A DNA stretch of 64,000 nucleotides from Tubiluchus corallicola (taxonomy: Eukaryota; Animalia; Priapulida): NCBI GenBank assembly GCA_030141605.1, contig JAQGDQ010000386.1, forward strand, positions 1 through 64,000, written 5' to 3'. The notes under the pieces were generated by a model. The model saw nothing but the letters and a program-made list of their open reading frames with translations, made no database searches and was not told where the DNA came from. Every line of letters begins with the position of its first letter. Within the stretch, counting starts at the first letter, position 1. Of the stretch, positions 62,601 through 64,000 are shown in pieces. The translations under genes were made by a program, and so were the position numbers.

Positions 62601-62887
62601 TCACAAGATCGTATAATCATAATCAATAAAATCACTGTTAAAACATATTTAACCACCATGATAAGATTCTGTAAAGAATGAACTATGGAAACCAAGGACA
62701 AGAGCTGTGACAATTTATGAAAAAATACCAAAATTAAAAAACACGGAAAACACACAACATTTCAAAACCATACTTATTTGGCACGCATGTCCTTCATATC
62801 CAAGCATGCAGGTGCATGTAAAAAAATATATATGATCAATGCAAGTTCCACCATTTTGACACGGTTGATCCTTACATTCATCAATGT
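14213..62887 (-). CDS. Polycystin-1-like (PKD1L/REJ family) 11-TM receptor-channel gene, 5'-incomplete, 40 exons, ~2860 aa in window
   Basis: Hand-spliced exons (5'->3'): 62774-62887, 61835-61948, 60687-60797, 58993-59106, 57284-57996, 56643-56965, 56242-56336, 54945-55092, 54443-54684, 53558-53653, 53218-53331, 50613-50758, 48727-48838, 47726-47850, 46281-46406, 46026-46120, 45676-45826, 43957-44107, 43371-43480, 43014-43161, 39487-39635, 36802-37867, 36111-36258, 34525-34627, 32909-33020, 32162-32265, 30883-31113, 29842-29962, 29367-29526, 28471-28609, 26193-26300, 25217-25355, 24298-24436, 22545-22644, 20693-21156, 19717-19896, 18999-19074, 16995-17160, 16666-16848, 14213-15558. All junctions are AG/GT (one GC donor), intron phases chain without frameshift, no internal stops. 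Family motifs occur in order: [22 protein letters not shown]...[55 protein letters not shown]. The exact paralogue is not assignable; small extra exons could have been missed. Confidence 0.93.
16666..17160 (-). CDS. PKD1L exons 38-39: polycystin (TOP) domain
   Basis: [28 protein letters not shown]|GLC..C..YS..YSPGW. Confidence 0.9.
17625..18330. repeat. Intronic minisatellite, ~52-65-bp unit, about 11 copies
   Basis: Repeated CACAAATTCACGAAAGAGAAAGTTTGGCTCAAACTAGCAGAAGCAGGAGAGG. Confidence 0.92.
18762..18936. repeat. 43-bp tandem repeat x4 with 86-bp higher-order dimer
   Basis: GCATTGAT(C/G)ACGAAGGTAGAGGACTAGAAAAGAGATGTCAAAT at 18762, 18805, 18848, 18891; C/G alternates. Confidence 0.93.
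18999..26300 (-). CDS. PKD1L exons 31-37: TM2-TM6 region
   Basis: [21 protein letters not shown]|[20 protein letters not shown]; [11 protein letters not shown]; [10 protein letters not shown]; [11 protein letters not shown]; YTPPD. Confidence 0.9.
21279..21891. mobile_element. piggyBac-type MITE, copy 1
   Basis: TTAA|CCCTTACAGTAC ... GTAGTGAAAGGG|TTAA; internal similarity to 35301-35910. Confidence 0.8.
23477..23970 (-). mobile_element. RTE-clade LINE 3' remnant with a 132-bp segment triplicated in tandem
   Basis: Minus translation [19 protein letters not shown]...AADRK*W (RTE C-terminal RGRP..TW / A.DR..W pattern) and short (GAA)n tail; 132-bp unit at 23581, 23713, 23845. Confidence 0.65.
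26017..26112 (+). repeat. Interstitial telomere-like repeat, (TTAGGG)3TTGGAA higher-order unit
   Basis: TTAGGG arrays punctuated every 24 bp by TTGGAA/TTAGAA. Confidence 0.9.
27197..28145. mobile_element. hAT (Charlie/SPIN-like) non-autonomous element, long copy
   Basis: TIR CAGGGGTGTGCAAA ... TTTGCACACCCCTG; perfect 8-bp TSD GCCTAATA (27189-27196, 28146-28153); relic [11 protein letters not shown] at 27800. Confidence 0.9.
28471..29962 (-). CDS. PKD1L exons 28-30: canonical cytoplasmic PLAT domain
   Basis: [22 protein letters not shown]..; [30 protein letters not shown]|[19 protein letters not shown]. Confidence 0.92.
30883..32265 (-). CDS. PKD1L exons 26-27: GPS autoproteolysis motif and TM1
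   Basis: [18 protein letters not shown]|[29 protein letters not shown], then hydrophobic [27 protein letters not shown]. Confidence 0.92.
31266..31723. mobile_element. hAT MITE, short copy of the same family
   Basis: CAGGGGTTAGCAAA ... TTTGCACACCACCTG; perfect 8-bp TSD GGTTACAG; both ends homologous to 27197-28145. Confidence 0.88.
32909..36258 (-). CDS. PKD1L exons 23-25: additional (extracellular) PLAT/LH2 domain
   Basis: [33 protein letters not shown] / IDRF...GWLLEK / [11 protein letters not shown] gives a complete PLAT pattern over exons 36111-36258, 34525-34627, 32909-33020. Confidence 0.85.
35301..35910. mobile_element. piggyBac-type MITE, copy 2
   Basis: TTAA|CCCTTTCACTAC ... CTAGTGTAAGGG|TTGA; shares e.g. 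ACTAATATTGAATATTAGTT with copy 1; similar length (~610 bp). Confidence 0.78.
36802..37867 (-). CDS. PKD1L exon 22: GAIN segment carrying a ~41-Cys insertion
   Basis: 1066-bp open exon, phase 0 in and phase 1 out, compatible with both neighbours; repeated C-x6-C-x3-C spacing. Confidence 0.85.
39487..48838 (-). CDS. PKD1L exons 13-21: helical and beta parts of the GAIN domain
   Basis: [15 protein letters not shown]; [10 protein letters not shown]; [15 protein letters not shown]; phase-consistent splice sites. Confidence 0.82.
39937..40381 (+). mobile_element. 445-bp GC-rich retroposed element (RTE-5'UTR-like) with 18-bp TSD
   Basis: TTTTATTTCACCAGCAAA directly repeated at 39919-39936 and 40382-40399; sharp GC increase; begins with an HDV-like ribozyme fold. 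Confidence 0.78.
39946..40030 (+). ncRNA. HDV-like self-cleaving ribozyme fold (5' P1 strand missing)
   Basis: P2 CGU(G)CCUAC/GUAGGACG; P3 ACC/GGU; L3 UCCCUGC; P1 3' strand CCCAACC; AG-GCAAC; short P4; J4/2 GCUAAA; same order as the antigenomic HDV ribozyme. Confidence 0.66.
40780..42560 (-). mobile_element. Decayed CR1/L2-like LINE (ORF1 fragment joined to RT region)
   Basis: ENLEQY (ORF1-like), [59 protein letters not shown]; multiple stops and frameshifts. Confidence 0.85.
42656..42856 (-). mobile_element. LINE ORF2 C-terminal zinc-knuckle remnant
   Basis: [22 protein letters not shown] matches the C.CG..ET..HF...C..Y...R pattern. Confidence 0.65.
47559..47711. repeat. Compound trinucleotide microsatellite (ATA/ACA/ATG)n
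   Basis: Direct reading; lies just inside the intron after exon 47726-47850. Confidence 0.95.
50613..56965 (-). CDS. PKD1L exons 6-12: REJ module
   Basis: [17 protein letters not shown]; CLRNC..KVN; [17 protein letters not shown]; [23 protein letters not shown]; [15 protein letters not shown]. Confidence 0.88.
51110..51740. repeat. Three diverged ~170-bp units in alternating orientation (forward-reverse-forward)
   Basis: GCATTAAG..GCAGTTT..ATGTTCAGT..AGCATTCAAAT..TCTTAGT.TGCC at ~51110 and ~51576; reverse complement at ~51380-51558. Confidence 0.72.
52790..52880. repeat. (ATG)n/(AAT)n microsatellite
   Basis: Direct reading. Confidence 0.9.
54199..54433. repeat. 48-49-bp tandem repeat, ~5 copies
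   Basis: GAATTA recurs at 54234, 54283, 54331, 54379, 54428. Confidence 0.92.
57284..57996 (-). CDS. PKD1L exon: PKD-like repeat and start of REJ module
   Basis: FEWDMGD...[12 protein letters not shown] matches the PKD-domain WDFGD / H.Y...G.Y.V pattern; followed by YEWHI and [13 protein letters not shown] of REJ. Confidence 0.88.
58993..59106 (-). CDS. PKD1L exon: calcium-binding EGF domain (not in ORF track)
   Basis: 114-bp phase 1-1 exon, [38 protein letters not shown]. Confidence 0.9.
59451..60153. mobile_element. MITE with long imperfect TIRs (possibly PIF/Harbinger)
   Basis: GGTAAGTAAAGATA...CTTCAGA...TTCAGGT..TCAACAAAAAAT at left mirrored by ATTTTTTGTTGA..ACCTGAA..TCTGAAG..TATCTTTACCTGCC at right; TA-containing flanks. 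Confidence 0.55.
60395..60590 (+). mobile_element. tRNA-derived SINE
   Basis: GGGGTGTAGCTCAATGGTAG (A box), degenerate B box GAGCTCAACTC, then a non-tRNA body GTGATACCAAAAGTATGAAAAATGG. Confidence 0.65.
60687..60797 (-). CDS. PKD1L exon: calcium-binding EGF domain
   Basis: 111-bp phase 1-1 exon, [37 protein letters not shown]. Confidence 0.9.
61136..61390. repeat. 13-14-bp minisatellite (AACATTGGTTTTT / AACATTGGTTATTG)
   Basis: Direct reading, roughly 18 units. Confidence 0.92.
61835..61948 (-). CDS. PKD1L exon: calcium-binding EGF domain
   Basis: 114-bp phase 1-1 exon, [38 protein letters not shown]. Confidence 0.9.
62067..62593 (-). mobile_element. Permuted Helitron fragment containing a 3'-end/5'-end junction, flanked by a 63-bp host duplication
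   Basis: Minus strand CGCAAAATCTTTTGCG-GGGCCTTTG-CTAG|TCTATATATTAAT at 62199/62200; both halves homologous to 4389-5095 in swapped order; 62004-62066 repeated at 62594-62656. Confidence 0.75.
62774..62887 (-). CDS. PKD1L exon: calcium-binding EGF domain
   Basis: 114-bp phase 1-1 exon, [38 protein letters not shown]. Confidence 0.9.
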   Translation of the reverse strand, partial: TLMNVRINRVKMVELALIIYIFLHAPACLDMKDMRAK

Positions 62888-64000
62888 CTGTAACATAATG
62901 AAACACTGATGAAATTGCTACTCATAATGCAAATGTACCTTACTGTACACGGCAGCGCAGAACAATGTAGAGAACTGTAAATAGGAAAACAAGTAAATTA
63001 ATTACATAAACACTATTCATGTTCTAATTAATAGACATATTAATGATTTAGCTTAAGAAGTTTAGAAAACTTTACGTCATGTATTAGACATTCCCTGTAA
63101 TTTGCTCAGTAGCATGACACATTGTATTTCTGCCATTGACACATATGCAAAAATAGTAGTTAAATGAACTTCAAAGTTGCGTAAACGCATAAATGAATTG
63201 AACAACAGTATTTTAAACTGATAGGACTGTTAAACCAATGCCCTAGAATTAGTACTTTGGGTAAGAACAAGTTATTTATTAGCAGATGGAATGCTATGCA
63301 AAAATATGAATATTCCTAACAGGATCAGGTCAGTAGAGAACTGTTTTGGACAATATATAATACCACGGTTCTCAAGCAATGACATCATGTGTTTACTAAA
63401 TACACTGTTAATTAACTAACTGAATAGCTTAACATGTATATTAGCAGTAAAATTACTTTTATTTCTGTTCTTATCAACATTGCAAATAGCCACTAAATGC
63501 TATACGTTTACTTGTTATTATTCCATTATCAATTATGAAAACGTGAATAAATGATATACATTGTGCATTCAAGAAGCCAAGCATGAAGCCATTCACTTTA
63601 CTCTTACTAGCAGTGATGTAGTTCATAGGGGAGCAATGAGAGCAACTACTCCCCCCCCCCCCAGCACATTTTTCAGAAGAGGCGACTTTTCAACAACCTG
63701 ACTTATTGCTGTATTTGACCAACCTGCCTCCCGTGTACTTGAAATGAGCGAGAATTTATGCAACTCATTTGTCAAACTTGGCTGATTGAGCCAAGAATCA
63801 AATTGCTCCCCAAATCTAATTACTATAATATATTCTAGTCACCCGTTGATCCTTTGGCATAGATAAACATGTAACTGCTTCATGTGACAACATGCCTTGT
63901 TTATGTACTTGCTCCCCCTAACTTTAGAACCTGGCTACTCCTGTGATAGCAAGAATGACCGTTGATTAAGTAAGTCATGGCAAAGGAACGTCTGACCAAA

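Overview
AT-rich invertebrate-animal genomic DNA (spliceosomal introns, TTAGGG tract, metazoan TE families). Most of the window (14213 to at least 62887, minus strand) is one polycystin-1-like (PKD1L/REJ-type) gene. I traced it by hand as 40 phase-consistent exons (~2860 codons; the 5' end lies beyond the window). Domain order is EGF x4, PKD-like, REJ, GAIN/GPS, TM1, PLAT, further TM segments, polycystin channel domain. Unusually, a ~40-Cys mirror-symmetric module and a second, extracellular PLAT domain are inserted in the GAIN region before the GPS site. The left end holds a 1.6-kb-arm palindrome carrying two divergent copies of an unannotated spliced, secreted Q/E-rich gene, a complete non-autonomous Helitron, a decayed Polinton/Maverick-like gene cluster, and the 3' end of a plus-strand EGF/GPI-anchor gene. 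Introns contain hAT and piggyBac MITEs, LINE remnants, minisatellites, a Helitron head-to-tail junction insertion and a 445-bp retroposed element beginning with an HDV-like ribozyme fold. All calls come from reading the sequence and recalled family motifs; no searches were run.
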